A stretch of 64,000 nucleotides of DNA. Source: a virus. Where the stretch lies: positions 28,426 to 92,425 of IMG/VR virus record IMGVR_UViG_3300010397_000041; one strand, 5' to 3'. The translations under genes and the position numbers were made by a program. Under the pieces are notes generated by a model. The model was not told where the DNA came from and did not search any database. It was given only the letters and a program-made list of their open reading frames with translations. Below are positions 52,748 through 61,822 of this stretch, piece after piece (position 1 is the stretch's first letter; each line of letters starts with the position of its first letter).

Positions 52748-52944
52748 GGCTCGCCGTCCAGACGGCGACGCATCCATCCGTCGAGCGCGTCCACGGCGGT
52801 CTGCCGAACGCCGCTCTCGCCGTTGAGGACGCGGGCGACGTCGTCGGCGGACACACGCGCGGCATCGGCGACCGCGCCAACGGTCATCCCGCCCGCGGCG
52901 CGCATCAGCCGGCCGGCCAGCGAACTGCTGGGTGGCGGCGTCAC
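52744..52944 (-). CDS. Small HTH-like protein (tandem paralog)
   Basis: VGAVADAARVSADDVARVLNG...ALDGW. Confidence 0.6.
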   Translation of the reverse strand: MTPPPSSSLAGRLMRAAGGMTVGAVADAARVSADDVARVLNGESGVRQTAVDALDGWMRRRLDGEP

Positions 52945-53879
52945 AGCTTCCGCTCCCGCACCCGGCCTCCGACGGCGGGAGGGACGAGGCCGGTGCCGCG
53001 GCAGTGGCCGCACGGCGTCTGTTCGACGACCTGGCCGACCGCGTCGAGGATCTCGGCGGTCAGCGTGCCGAGGTAGGCGACCGCGTCGGCGAGGTTCGGC
53101 GCTTTGATCGCCCGGCCGAGATCGACTTTGAAGTACCAGGTGTGCTCGTCCGGCTTTTGGGTGACCTTTCGCCGGCCACGGCGGTCGCGTTCCTGGACGG
53201 GACGCATAAGGACGGGCTGGTACGGCCGACGAACGCTGATCTTGATCTGGCCGGGTTCGTGGCTGTACCAGCTGGTGTCGACGTGCGGCCACCGTGCCTT
53301 GACCGCGTTGGCGATGCCGTTCTGGTAGCCCGTGAGCTCGCCCGGAAACAGGTGCCGATACTCGGCCCGGGTCGACAACTCCGACGGAAGCGTCGCCGTC
53401 CACGTGCAGCCGGGCGGCGGCTCGGGCATCTCTCCGTCGAGGTCGAGCCACGACGACACGTCCACCGGGACGACGGCCGGAGCGGTTTCCTCGGTGACCG
53501 GCCGGTAGAGGCCGACGACAGCGGCATCGTAGGTGTCCGCGACGTGATCGTCGGTCCGGAGCTCGTAGTCGCCGATGTCGAGGGTCGCCGGGTAGCGGGC
53601 AGATGCCGCTTCCGGATGGTGCAGCTCGTAGCGGACGACTTCTCGACGGCCGGCGATTGTGGCGTGGAGGGTGTTCACGCGGCCCGGGGCGGCGTGCCAG
53701 CGGTGTTGGAGCGGTTCGAGCGGGGTTCCGTCGGGAAGGGTCCAGCTGATGGATCCCCAGACGCCCTTCGGAACGTCCGCGCCGAGATCGACGAGGCCGC
53801 CGGAGGCGTACGTGTCGCTGGGCAGGTAGTAGGCGGCCCGCCCGTCAGGCAGGTTGACCACGAAACGAGATTTCGTCAC
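52941..53879 (-). CDS. Hypothetical protein with C-terminal CxxCxGxG
   Basis: GGAGG RBS; EYRHLFPGEL; CGHCRGTG. Confidence 0.65.
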   Translation of the reverse strand: MTKSRFVVNLPDGRAAYYLPSDTYASGGLVDLGADVPKGVWGSISWTLPDGTPLEPLQHRWHAAPGRVNTLHATIAGRREVVRYELHHPEAASARYPATLDIGDYELRTDDHVADTYDAAVVGLYRPVTEETAPAVVPVDVSSWLDLDGEMPEPPPGCTWTATLPSELSTRAEYRHLFPGELTGYQNGIANAVKARWPHVDTSWYSHEPGQIKISVRRPYQPVLMRPVQERDRRGRRKVTQKPDEHTWYFKVDLGRAIKAPNLADAVAYLGTLTAEILDAVGQVVEQTPCGHCRGTGLVPPAVGGRVRERKL

Positions 53880-54430
53880 CGCGCACCTCCGGCGGCTGTG
53901 TCGTCGTCGTCCAGCGCGATCCCCGACCGGAGCCGGAACGCCTGCATCGCGACGTAGTCGGTGAGTTCGCCGAAGATCCGGCCCAGGGACGGAACTCGCG
54001 CCCGCTCGGCCGCAGTGGACCGCTCGCCGCGGGCGTTGCGCTCGTGCGCGGTCCGGAGCAGAAGCAGGCGGGCGACGAGCAGGGCCTTCTCGGCAGCCCA
54101 GGCGTCCGCTTCCCGCAGGTGGCGGTCCCGCTCGGCGGTCTGCTGCTCGCGCAGCTCCCGGACCGTCTGGGCATGGCCGTCGGCGTCGGCGCGGGCCTGC
54201 TGCACCTCGTCGGCCAGGCCGCCATTCCTGCCCCGTAGGAAGGCCGTCTCCTCCCGGGCGGCGGCGAGCGCAGCGCGCGCGTCGTCGCGCTCCCGGCCGA
54301 GCCGCTCGATACCAGCCATCACGGTCGGCGCCTGTGCCTCGGACAGGCCGAGGAGCCGGGCGAGCAGCAGCGGCGCGTTCGCCGCCTCCACCATCAGCGC
54401 GAGCGTCCGCGCGTCGGCCCGGTCAGCCAT
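53876..54430 (-). CDS. Coiled-coil hypothetical protein
   Basis: Coupled; heptad pattern. Confidence 0.55.
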   Translation of the reverse strand: MADRADARTLALMVEAANAPLLLARLLGLSEAQAPTVMAGIERLGRERDDARAALAAAREETAFLRGRNGGLADEVQQARADADGHAQTVRELREQQTAERDRHLREADAWAAEKALLVARLLLLRTAHERNARGERSTAAERARVPSLGRIFGELTDYVAMQAFRLRSGIALDDDDTAAGGAR

Positions 54431-54842
54431 GACGCCTGCCCAGGCAGTAATCGGCACAATCGGCGACCTCGTGATGGGTGCGGACCACGGTGCGAAGCTC
54501 CGCGTCGTCCAGCTCCTCGAGCGCGTTCTCCGCGGCGTAGACATCGCCAGCAGCAAGCGCCGCGAGCACACGGCCGACGGCCCGCTCGAGACGCGGCCGC
54601 TCAGCCGCGTCGACCAGCTCGGGCACCGCGTTCAGCGCCGCCGCGATGAGCCGCGCGAGCGACCAGGCAAGCGGGCTGGTCGCGGCGCCGACCATGCACA
54701 CGGCCCGCACGCCGACGACCTCACGGCTGACGACGACTGACTTGCCGACCTGCCGGGCGATGACGTTCTCGGCGTCGTCTGTTCTGGAGCGCACGTCGTC
54801 GAGGAGCGCGCGCAGCTCGCCCGCCGCCGTCAGGGCGGTCAC
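54423..54842 (-). CDS. Hypothetical protein
   Basis: Coupled; LIAAALNAVPELV. Confidence 0.55.
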   Translation of the reverse strand: MTALTAAGELRALLDDVRSRTDDAENVIARQVGKSVVVSREVVGVRAVCMVGAATSPLAWSLARLIAAALNAVPELVDAAERPRLERAVGRVLAALAAGDVYAAENALEELDDAELRTVVRTHHEVADCADYCLGRRHG

Positions 54843-55072
54843 GGGAGTCTCACCTTCGCGATGCGGGCGGGCCGGCCGGTGTACCGCTCGATGACGACGT
54901 GGCCGTCGTGGTCGAGCTGGCGGAGAATCTGCAGCGCTCGCTGCGGCGTGACGCCAGCCGCGGCGGCCACAACCGTGGTCACAGCGCCCGCGTGGGACGG
55001 CGCCAGACCGCCGCGGTTGCGGATGAGGTCGAGGACCTCCTTCGCCTTGCCGGCGGGCTCAGTCGTCGTCAT
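54839..55072 (-). CDS. Small winged-HTH-like protein
   Basis: AAAAGVTPQRALQILRQLDHDGHV. Confidence 0.55.
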   Translation of the reverse strand: MTTTEPAGKAKEVLDLIRNRGGLAPSHAGAVTTVVAAAAGVTPQRALQILRQLDHDGHVVIERYTGRPARIAKVRLP

Positions 55073-55772
55073 CGGTCTGGTCTCCCGGCGCGATCCGCAT
55101 CTTCGGCATGCATTCGGTCTCCGACGCCTCGGTGATCGCGTCGGCGAGCCGGCCGATCAGCGCGGCCTCGGCGGCGGTCAGCGGCATCACGACACGGGTC
55201 TTGTCGTCGCAGCCCGAGACGGTCACCGTGTGCGGCACCGCCGGCTCCGTGCCGGCCCCGGCCTGCTCGGCGAGCCAGCTGCGGTACACCTCAAGCGCGT
55301 CGGTCACGCCGGCGCCGTCGTACTCGTCGCCCGGGCCGGCCAGCGCGTACGCCTCCCCCGCCGCCTCGACCACACCGCCAGGCGGCGCCGGCGGGTTCGC
55401 GAGCGCAGCCTGGAGACGTGCGACCTCAGCGAGCAGGACGTCGACGTACTCCCACGACCGGGCGAGGAAGTCGGCGTCCGGATGGCGAACGCCGATCACA
55501 TCGGCCCGGTAGACCCGGCTGTCCCAACGGGAGATGGCGGTCGGCGCGACCTCGAACACGGGCAGCTCGACGGCCTTGACCATCAGCCGGTTCACCGGGA
55601 ACCGGGGCTGCGCGCGCGCCGCACCCCAGCGGACGAAGTCCATGACGACGTTCCGGCCGCGCCGCGACGCGAGATACAGGTTCTGAACGTCGAGGTTGCC
55701 GAACCATCCCCACGGGCCTGGGGTGACCGACCGGTGGTGGGCCCGGATCTCGGGCACAGTCGGCTCACTCAT
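55059..55772 (-). CDS. Ead/Ea22-like phage protein
   Basis: TPGPW...DADFLARS...LLAEVARL. Confidence 0.65.
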   Translation of the reverse strand: MSEPTVPEIRAHHRSVTPGPWGWFGNLDVQNLYLASRRGRNVVMDFVRWGAARAQPRFPVNRLMVKAVELPVFEVAPTAISRWDSRVYRADVIGVRHPDADFLARSWEYVDVLLAEVARLQAALANPPAPPGGVVEAAGEAYALAGPGDEYDGAGVTDALEVYRSWLAEQAGAGTEPAVPHTVTVSGCDDKTRVVMPLTAAEAALIGRLADAITEASETECMPKMRIAPGDQTDDDD

Positions 55773-56052
55773 GGCGACCACCGACCGGAGTCGGCGGCAC
55801 CTCGAAGGCGTGCCACATGCGCGACCCGGCGAGCCAGCTACCGAGGTGCGTACCGCCTGGAAAGGGCTCGGCGGTCTGCACGACCACGAAGGAACGCGCC
55901 GGGGCCGCTGGTGCGCCTTCCCGGTGGACCTCCCAGATGCAGGGCAAGCCGTCTGGGTCCAGGCCCGCGTGGATGATGCTGGCGCCTACTGGCAGTTTGA
56001 GGGCCGCAGCAGGAATGCGGTGCTTCCAGATGACATTCGGAACCGCGCTCAC
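55765..56052 (-). CDS. Phage hypothetical protein (IWK...LPVGA...CIW...WHAFE)
   Basis: Motif recalled from phage proteins; coupled. Confidence 0.65.
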   Translation of the reverse strand: MSAVPNVIWKHRIPAAALKLPVGASIIHAGLDPDGLPCIWEVHREGAPAAPARSFVVVQTAEPFPGGTHLGSWLAGSRMWHAFEVPPTPVGGRHE

Positions 56053-56609
56053 CGCGGATCACCGCCTGCCGGCGCCGTGGTGGTGCCAGTCGTGGCAGCC
56101 GGCGCGCCCGGAGTCACGCCCGACGACATGACGAATGGCGCGCACGCAGCGGCGAACAGCAGTAGCGCAACCACGACGACGACCACCGCGAAGCCGATCG
56201 CCATCCGTCGGCCCGACGGCGGCCGAAGCGCCTCCGGCGGGCCGACCGGCTTGGTCAACGCCATCCAGCGGGCCGGCCGTACCTCCGCCGTCGGCTCAGG
56301 CGCCGGCGCCGGCTCGGGCTCCGCCGGCGGGAGCGGCACAGAGATGGTCGCTGGCGTCGGGTCCGGGCCGAGCGGCAGCCGCGCCGCGAGAAGCACCCGC
56401 GGAATCCGCACCGTCGAGGTCGAGTCTTCCCCCGGAGGCCGGGACGGCGGCAGCGGCGGCACCCAGCTACCGCGCGGCGGAAACGCCAGGTCCTCCGGCA
56501 GTGCGGCCGGGACGGCGGCCGGAGGCAGCCCGGACACGCCGTCCCGCCAATCCGGGATGTCCTGAGTCGCCTGAATACCGGCCTTCCTGACGCTGTGGCG
56601 GCCGCTCAT
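56049..56609 (-). CDS. Pro-rich membrane protein
   Basis: C-terminal TM helix. Confidence 0.55.
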   Translation of the reverse strand: MSGRHSVRKAGIQATQDIPDWRDGVSGLPPAAVPAALPEDLAFPPRGSWVPPLPPSRPPGEDSTSTVRIPRVLLAARLPLGPDPTPATISVPLPPAEPEPAPAPEPTAEVRPARWMALTKPVGPPEALRPPSGRRMAIGFAVVVVVVALLLFAAACAPFVMSSGVTPGAPAATTGTTTAPAGGDPR

Positions 56610-56857
56610 CGGGCGCACCTTTCTGCGGTGAGACCCAGCGCGGCCAGCAGCTCACGCAGGTCATCCGGCCCGGTGGCGGCCCGAGCGCAAGCCAGCGCCG
56701 CCGCCCTGTCCTGGCCCCGCGTCGTCTCAATCACCGGGCCGACCAGTCCGAGCGTGTCCACAACGCTTCCGCCGAAGGCCTGGTTCGTGGGGTCGCCCGT
56801 CGGCCGGGTGTGGTCACGGCGAAGGCGACTGTCGGGCTTCCACGCACGGGCGCTCAT
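56606..56857 (-). CDS. Hypothetical protein
   Basis: ATGA couplings; DDLRELLAALGL. Confidence 0.55.
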   Translation of the reverse strand: MSARAWKPDSRLRRDHTRPTGDPTNQAFGGSVVDTLGLVGPVIETTRGQDRAAALACARAATGPDDLRELLAALGLTAERCAR

Positions 56858-57063
56858 GCCGCTGCCCGCCGCTCCGTTGAGCCGGTGAGCTGGCCGTTCC
56901 GGTCGGCGTAGGCATCCACGACCATCTGGTGGAGCGATTCGATGAACCGGCTCAGGTCGCCGACCTCCTGGTGCAGCACGTCCATCCGCCGCCGGCCTGT
57001 ATCGCCGTACACGCTGTGCTCGGCGGGCCGGCCGGCGCTGACGCGGAGCGGGGTCGCCGTCAT
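56854..57063 (-). CDS. Hypothetical protein
   Basis: ATGA couplings. Confidence 0.5.
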   Translation of the reverse strand: MTATPLRVSAGRPAEHSVYGDTGRRRMDVLHQEVGDLSRFIESLHQMVVDAYADRNGQLTGSTERRAAA

Positions 57064-58361
57064 CGCATGCTCTCCGCGATCTCGTCGGGCGACCGCAGGT
57101 CGGTCCAGTCCTCGTCGTCCGGGCTCGCGCCGCCTGCCTCATCGGCCGGCTCCGTGTCCGCGACATCGCCGGCCGGCGCCAGAGGGAAGAGGGCGGACAT
57201 GGCGCCGGTCTCCATGGCCTTCGCAGCGGCCTTCCACACCTGGTCGACCTCGGCGCGGGTGAGGTCATTCGCCGTCGTGATCGGCCGGCCCACGACGTTC
57301 GTCATCGCCTTGTGCCGGTCCGCATCTGCCGTGATCTTGAGGTCGGAGAGGTATTTGTGCATCCGCCGCATCTCGTTCTCCGGCGCCGGAAGCTGCCAGA
57401 GGCGGACCCGTAGCGCCTCGTCCATCGCCGCGGCGATGTCTGCAGGCAGGCCCTGCCGCTTCGCGTGCGCGACCTGGCCGTTCAGCTCCCGCCAGGTGTC
57501 GACGTCCGCCGCTGGAATCGCAGCGAGCGTCTTCTCGATCCACCGCCGGTCGTCGTCCGCCATCGCACCGTCAGCCGGCGCGTCCGCGCCATTGCCGACG
57601 ATCACGGTCGTCTGGTCTGCGATCCGCTGGCGTGCGGTCGGCGGACCTGCCTGCCGCGACTCCGAGTCGAGATGGTCCATCTCGCCCTCGTAGAAGACGC
57701 CGGAGAAGTCCTCCGGGTAGGCCATCCGCAGCGCCAACGCCTCGCAGCATTTGGAGAGCATCTGGTCGCCGCCGCCTTTGCCCCACCGGCCGGTCGGCGT
57801 GCCGGAGCTGTTCGTCTGGACGTAGGCCGCCCAGCGGCAGACCGCGACGAACTCCTCGACCCGTCCAAGCCGGTCAGTGCGGATCACGGTGAAGCGGGCG
57901 GCGTGCGGGTTCCCGTCGCCGAGCCAGACGTCGCGCCAGACGCCGTCCTTGCCGCACCATTCGGCGGCTGGGATCTTCCGCTCGCGGTCGCCGTAGCTGT
58001 AGGACGAGCCGTCGAGGCGGGCGGCACGGCGGCCGATGAGCCGGTAGCCGTCGATCCCCGTCTGGATTGTGTACTTGGTGACGTACACGTCGCGCCACTG
58101 CCCATGCTCGTCCTGACGCCGTTCCTTCGACTGCCGGCCGATCATGTAGATCTGTTTGGTGAACGGATCGAGGCCGCGGCGCTGCGACTGGTGCAGGAAC
58201 ACGGCGAGATCGCCTTCGGGGGCGTCCTTGAGGCCGAGCTGCGCGAGCGCGGCCCGCTGGTGCGGCAGCCATGTCGTCTGTGCGTCCGAGATCGCGAGGA
58301 CGCCGCCCGCGCGCGGTTCGGCGACCGCGACGGCGGCGTGGTCGGTGGTAGCGACGGTCAT
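57060..58361 (-). CDS. recT: RecT/Bet-family single-strand annealing protein
   Basis: FLHQSQRRGLDPFTKQIYMI, IQTGIDGYRLI, MLSKCCEALALRMAYP. Confidence 0.9.
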   Translation of the reverse strand: MTVATTDHAAVAVAEPRAGGVLAISDAQTTWLPHQRAALAQLGLKDAPEGDLAVFLHQSQRRGLDPFTKQIYMIGRQSKERRQDEHGQWRDVYVTKYTIQTGIDGYRLIGRRAARLDGSSYSYGDRERKIPAAEWCGKDGVWRDVWLGDGNPHAARFTVIRTDRLGRVEEFVAVCRWAAYVQTNSSGTPTGRWGKGGGDQMLSKCCEALALRMAYPEDFSGVFYEGEMDHLDSESRQAGPPTARQRIADQTTVIVGNGADAPADGAMADDDRRWIEKTLAAIPAADVDTWRELNGQVAHAKRQGLPADIAAAMDEALRVRLWQLPAPENEMRRMHKYLSDLKITADADRHKAMTNVVGRPITTANDLTRAEVDQVWKAAAKAMETGAMSALFPLAPAGDVADTEPADEAGGASPDDEDWTDLRSPDEIAESMR

Positions 58362-59230
58362 AGGTCGTAGTCCTCGTCTGGGATCCACGTCGCGTAGGAC
58401 GGGAGGGAAAGCGGCTGGATGTCGACCGGGTACCCGGGCCAAAGGCCGGTCGCCTGGCAGTCGCGGAATGTCTTCAGCGCCTTCGTGACGCGAGCGTCGC
58501 CGACCTCGCACGCCAGCCGGTCGAACTCGTAGGCCGCAGTGAGGTATGGCGGCGTCTTCTCGACGACGAGATGGATGAACTCGGGCTCTACGTCGTCGTC
58601 GATGCCGAGCTGCGCGCGTAGCGCTCTCACGCCGCGCAGGTAGAGCGCGTACTGGTCGTGGTAGCCGTAGTTCGCGGCGTCACGCCGGAAAGCCTCCTTG
58701 GAGGCGTTCTTCGACGTCTTGAGGTCGACGATCGTGGCCTTGTTCGACAAGTCGAGCCGGCCGCGACACCAGACGCCCGTCTCCTCGTCGCGCCAGAACA
58801 TCGACCGCTCCGCGATGCCACCGTCGAGGAGCGCGGAGAGAGGCGACGCCCGGAATCCGGCGACCATCGCCTGGACCTGCGCCCACTCGCTCGTCTTCAG
58901 CGGAGTGAGACCGGCCTGGAGCGCCTGAGCGCGCGCGGCCTTGGCGTCCTTGGTCGTCCAGGCGTCGAAGGGCAGGGGAACGTACTCGGCGCCGGTTCCG
59001 AGCACGATGGAGTGAAAGACCCGGCCGAGCTCGAAGTCGGTCTTGTCGGGCCGTCCGTGCTCCCGATACCAGGCGAAGTGCGCCGGAGTTCGGAGGATTT
59101 CCTTGACGCCGGTCGAGGAGATCGACCCTTCGGCGACAGGATCAAGGTGGTACAGGTCCTCCGGCATGCCGTCGACGAGGCATGGTTCAGTGATGATCGC
59201 CGGCACGGCTGGCGCCGTCGGGGCGGTCAC
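58358..59230 (-). CDS. recE: RecE-like PD-(D/E)XK exonuclease
   Basis: ISSTG, AERSMFW, CRGRLD, IVDLKT, YGYHDQYALY; adjacent to recT. Confidence 0.88.
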   Translation of the reverse strand: MTAPTAPAVPAIITEPCLVDGMPEDLYHLDPVAEGSISSTGVKEILRTPAHFAWYREHGRPDKTDFELGRVFHSIVLGTGAEYVPLPFDAWTTKDAKAARAQALQAGLTPLKTSEWAQVQAMVAGFRASPLSALLDGGIAERSMFWRDEETGVWCRGRLDLSNKATIVDLKTSKNASKEAFRRDAANYGYHDQYALYLRGVRALRAQLGIDDDVEPEFIHLVVEKTPPYLTAAYEFDRLACEVGDARVTKALKTFRDCQATGLWPGYPVDIQPLSLPSYATWIPDEDYDL

Positions 59231-59526
59231 AGGAGTCCGTCCCGATAGCGCTGCCGGTAGAACCGCAACGCGCTGTGCTGCTCGACGAGCAGATCGGCCA
59301 GGTCGCTGTGCGGCATCCGCCGGATGAGTTCCTCGGCGAACGCCTTCCACCGGTCCCGCTCACCGCGCAACTCGGCGACGTCCTCGGCGTGCATCGCCTC
59401 TCGGCAGTCACACGCGGGGTGGTGGTTGCCGCAGAGCGCGGCCCGCAGGTCGCCGGTGTCCCGCGGCGCCGTGTAGGCGACGGTCGATCCGTCGAGAAAC
59501 CGGATCGTGGGCAGGAGCGCCTTCAC
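59227..59526 (-). CDS. Hypothetical protein
   Basis: CGNHHPACDCREA; coupled. Confidence 0.55.
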   Translation of the reverse strand: MKALLPTIRFLDGSTVAYTAPRDTGDLRAALCGNHHPACDCREAMHAEDVAELRGERDRWKAFAEELIRRMPHSDLADLLVEQHSALRFYRQRYRDGLL

Positions 59527-60002
59527 CGGCCACCGCCGAGCGCGCCCGGCCCGCCGAGTGCGGCGACGTGCGCCCGGGCGGCCGTCTCGACGTCCTCGCA
59601 CGCTGCCGCGTACGAGGCGAGGGACGCCTGCGACGGCTCCTCGAACGACTCGGCCGCAGCACGGACCGCCGCCCCGATCAGCGCCTGGAGCGTCTCGCCG
59701 GCCGCACGGGGCGCCGCCTGCGCTGGTTGCGAGGGCTCGACGCAGACGGGCAGCGGCTTCCCAACGATCCGGGCGCCCACGTCGAGGAGATCGTCGGTGT
59801 CCAGCGGAGCGCCGGAATGGGCACCCCAACCGTCGGTCGCGCGGCGGAAGCGAAGGCCGCCGTCCGTCTCGACGACCGTGTCCACGGGCGCCGAGTCGAG
59901 CTGCTGGCGGGTCGCGTGCCGCTCCGGATCGGCCATGATCCACGGGTTCGCGGCCAGCCACGCGGCGGTGATCTGCGGCGCGGGCATGGCGATGTTGACC
60001 AT
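59523..60002 (-). CDS. Hypothetical protein
   Basis: Coupled on both sides. Confidence 0.5.
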   Translation of the reverse strand: MVNIAMPAPQITAAWLAANPWIMADPERHATRQQLDSAPVDTVVETDGGLRFRRATDGWGAHSGAPLDTDDLLDVGARIVGKPLPVCVEPSQPAQAAPRAAGETLQALIGAAVRAAAESFEEPSQASLASYAAACEDVETAARAHVAALGGPGALGGGR

Positions 60003-60550
60003 CAGGCCACTGCCACGGAAATCTCGCCGTTTCGGATCCGCTGCGAGGCGTCGGCGATCACGCGGGCCTGCCTGCCGCCGCGGACGAGGAGCATCAGCCG
60101 CTGCGAGGGGAGGAGCTGGCCGCGGATCTGATCGAGCGTCAGGAGTAGCGGGCCGGGCCAGTTCCCACCGCCGGCGTGCCAGCCGCCTGCGTCGCCGTCG
60201 TACAGCCAGACGCGGGCGTCGCCGTCGTCGCCGGTCGCGATGAGGTCGCCGTGCCGTTCGGCGCCGTCGTAGAGCGGCGGCACGTCGAGCAACTGGTGTC
60301 CGGCCGGGCCGACGAGCAGCCCGCCGCCGTCGGCGGGCTCGGTGGTCTGGGCGGTCCGATGCCAGGCGGCGAGGCCGGCGAGGAGCTGGCCCATCGCGGC
60401 CAGCTCGGCGGCGTCGGGATGCTCGACGAGCGACAGCTCGTGGAGGCGCGCGACCATGCGGCCGGCGGCGCGGTCGGCGGTGTCGACGAGGTTGCCGGCC
60501 CACTGGGTCCGTGGGATCGGCCTCGTCTCGGCCGGTAGGGTAGTGGTCAA
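60002..60550 (-). CDS. Hypothetical protein
   Basis: AGGAG RBS before TTG. Confidence 0.5.
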   Translation of the reverse strand: MTTTLPAETRPIPRTQWAGNLVDTADRAAGRMVARLHELSLVEHPDAAELAAMGQLLAGLAAWHRTAQTTEPADGGGLLVGPAGHQLLDVPPLYDGAERHGDLIATGDDGDARVWLYDGDAGGWHAGGGNWPGPLLLTLDQIRGQLLPSQRLMLLVRGGRQARVIADASQRIRNGEISVAVA

Positions 60551-60663
60551 CAGGACTCCTGCAGAGGACTTGTTGGTGTGCGGGCCCCGGCCGGGCAGCG
60601 GCCGGGGTTTCGTGCTTTCCGGGCCGTGTCGCCAACGCGACATCCCGGGGTGAAGCAGTGGCG

Positions 60664-60990
60664 TCAGACAGCCGGGTTGGCGCCCGCCTTCGTCCGCCGT
60701 CCCCGGCCGGGCCGCTTCTCGGCGGCGCTCAGGTCCTCCCGCCGCTTCTGGTACGCAGCGAGAACGGACCTTCGGACAAAGCGCTTCGCCCTGGGCCCGT
60801 CGCTGTTCTGGTAGGAGGCCAGGAACGCCGGGTCGCTCGGGTCGCGGCCGATCAGGTCGAAGACCTTCCAGCGGCTGACGCCGAGGATCTGGGCCACGTC
60901 ATCGATGCCGAGGGCCTCGTCCGGAGAGCCGTCCGCGGTCACACCGGCCGCGCCTGCGGAGTCTTTTACGGTCGTGTTCGACGTGGCCAT
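60664..60990 (-). CDS. Excisionase/Cro-like HTH protein
   Basis: LGIDDVAQILGVSRWKVFDLI; first gene of the leftward operon, divergent from the repressor. Confidence 0.75.
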   Translation of the reverse strand: MATSNTTVKDSAGAAGVTADGSPDEALGIDDVAQILGVSRWKVFDLIGRDPSDPAFLASYQNSDGPRAKRFVRRSVLAAYQKRREDLSAAEKRPGRGRRTKAGANPAV

Positions 60991-61109
60991 GAACGCACTC
61001 TAGACCAGACAAGACCGTGTCTGTCCAACAACGGGTCGTCTACGACCGTCCCGTGCGTCTAGTGCGGTCTTGTTGGGTCTAGGTGGTCTGTTGTGGCACC
61101 ATCTGGCCT
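60991..61109. promoter_or_regulatory. Genetic-switch intergenic region with phased AGACC/GGTCT repeats
   Basis: AGACC at 61002 and 61012; (G)GTCT at 61057, 61066, 61076, 61085. Confidence 0.6.
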
Positions 61110-61511
61110 GTGGCAGAGGAACCGACGCTTGAGGACCGCCTGCGCCTCGCCGCGCTCGTCGAGAGAGATCGAGACCGGCTCGGCAAGAGCATCGTTGAGG
61201 TCTACGGCCAACACGAGACGAAAGATCGTTTCGTCGCGGGCGGCAAGGCCCAGGTCAAGACTCTCCGCCGCATCGAGAGGGCGTTGGAGTGGGCAGATCT
61301 CGCAGCGAACGAGATCCTCGCGGGCGCCGCCGAGCCGCGCCTGCGCGACGACGACGCCGAGGGCAGAGCCAAGACGAGGAAAGTCTGGTACGCCGAGGGA
61401 GCGCAGGTGCTGGAAGCCCTCGCGTACACGAGCCCCGAGGAGCACGCGCAGATTATGGCGATCTTGGATGCGGCTCGGCGGCGTGAACAGGGGCATACTA
61501 GACCTAACTAG
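61110..61511 (+). CDS. Putative immunity repressor
   Basis: RLAALVERDRDRLG...TLRRIERALEW pattern; lies between excisionase and integrase. Confidence 0.6.
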   Translation: MAEEPTLEDRLRLAALVERDRDRLGKSIVEVYGQHETKDRFVAGGKAQVKTLRRIERALEWADLAANEILAGAAEPRLRDDDAEGRAKTRKVWYAEGAQVLEALAYTSPEEHAQIMAILDAARRREQGHTRPN

Positions 61512-61630
61512 GTCGTGTAATATCCCATCAAAGCCAACGATGAGCCAACGCCCTAGACAGTGGTGCGACAACCGCGCAGTGTGCCTTGCTGCGCAACAAC
61601 ACTGCACCGCTGTACAGCAAAGGGGCGCTC

Positions 61631-61813
61631 ATGAAGATCCACGTCTCCAAGGCTGACCTACCTGGCCGGGCGTGGCTGGCGGGCGAGACATACGCCGACG
61701 CTGGGGACCCACATGCCAACGTCGTGGTCGACCCATCAAAGATCCCACTTGATCCGGTCGACGCGATCTTTGCCGCAGTCACCCTCGGCATGATCATCTC
61801 AGGGTCCATGTAG
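61631..61813 (+). CDS. Small hypothetical protein with hydrophobic C-terminus
   Basis: AAGGGG RBS; ends just before the integrase RBS. Confidence 0.5.
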   Translation: MKIHVSKADLPGRAWLAGETYADAGDPHANVVVDPSKIPLDPVDAIFAAVTLGMIISGSM

Positions 61814-61822
61814 GGAGAAAGC

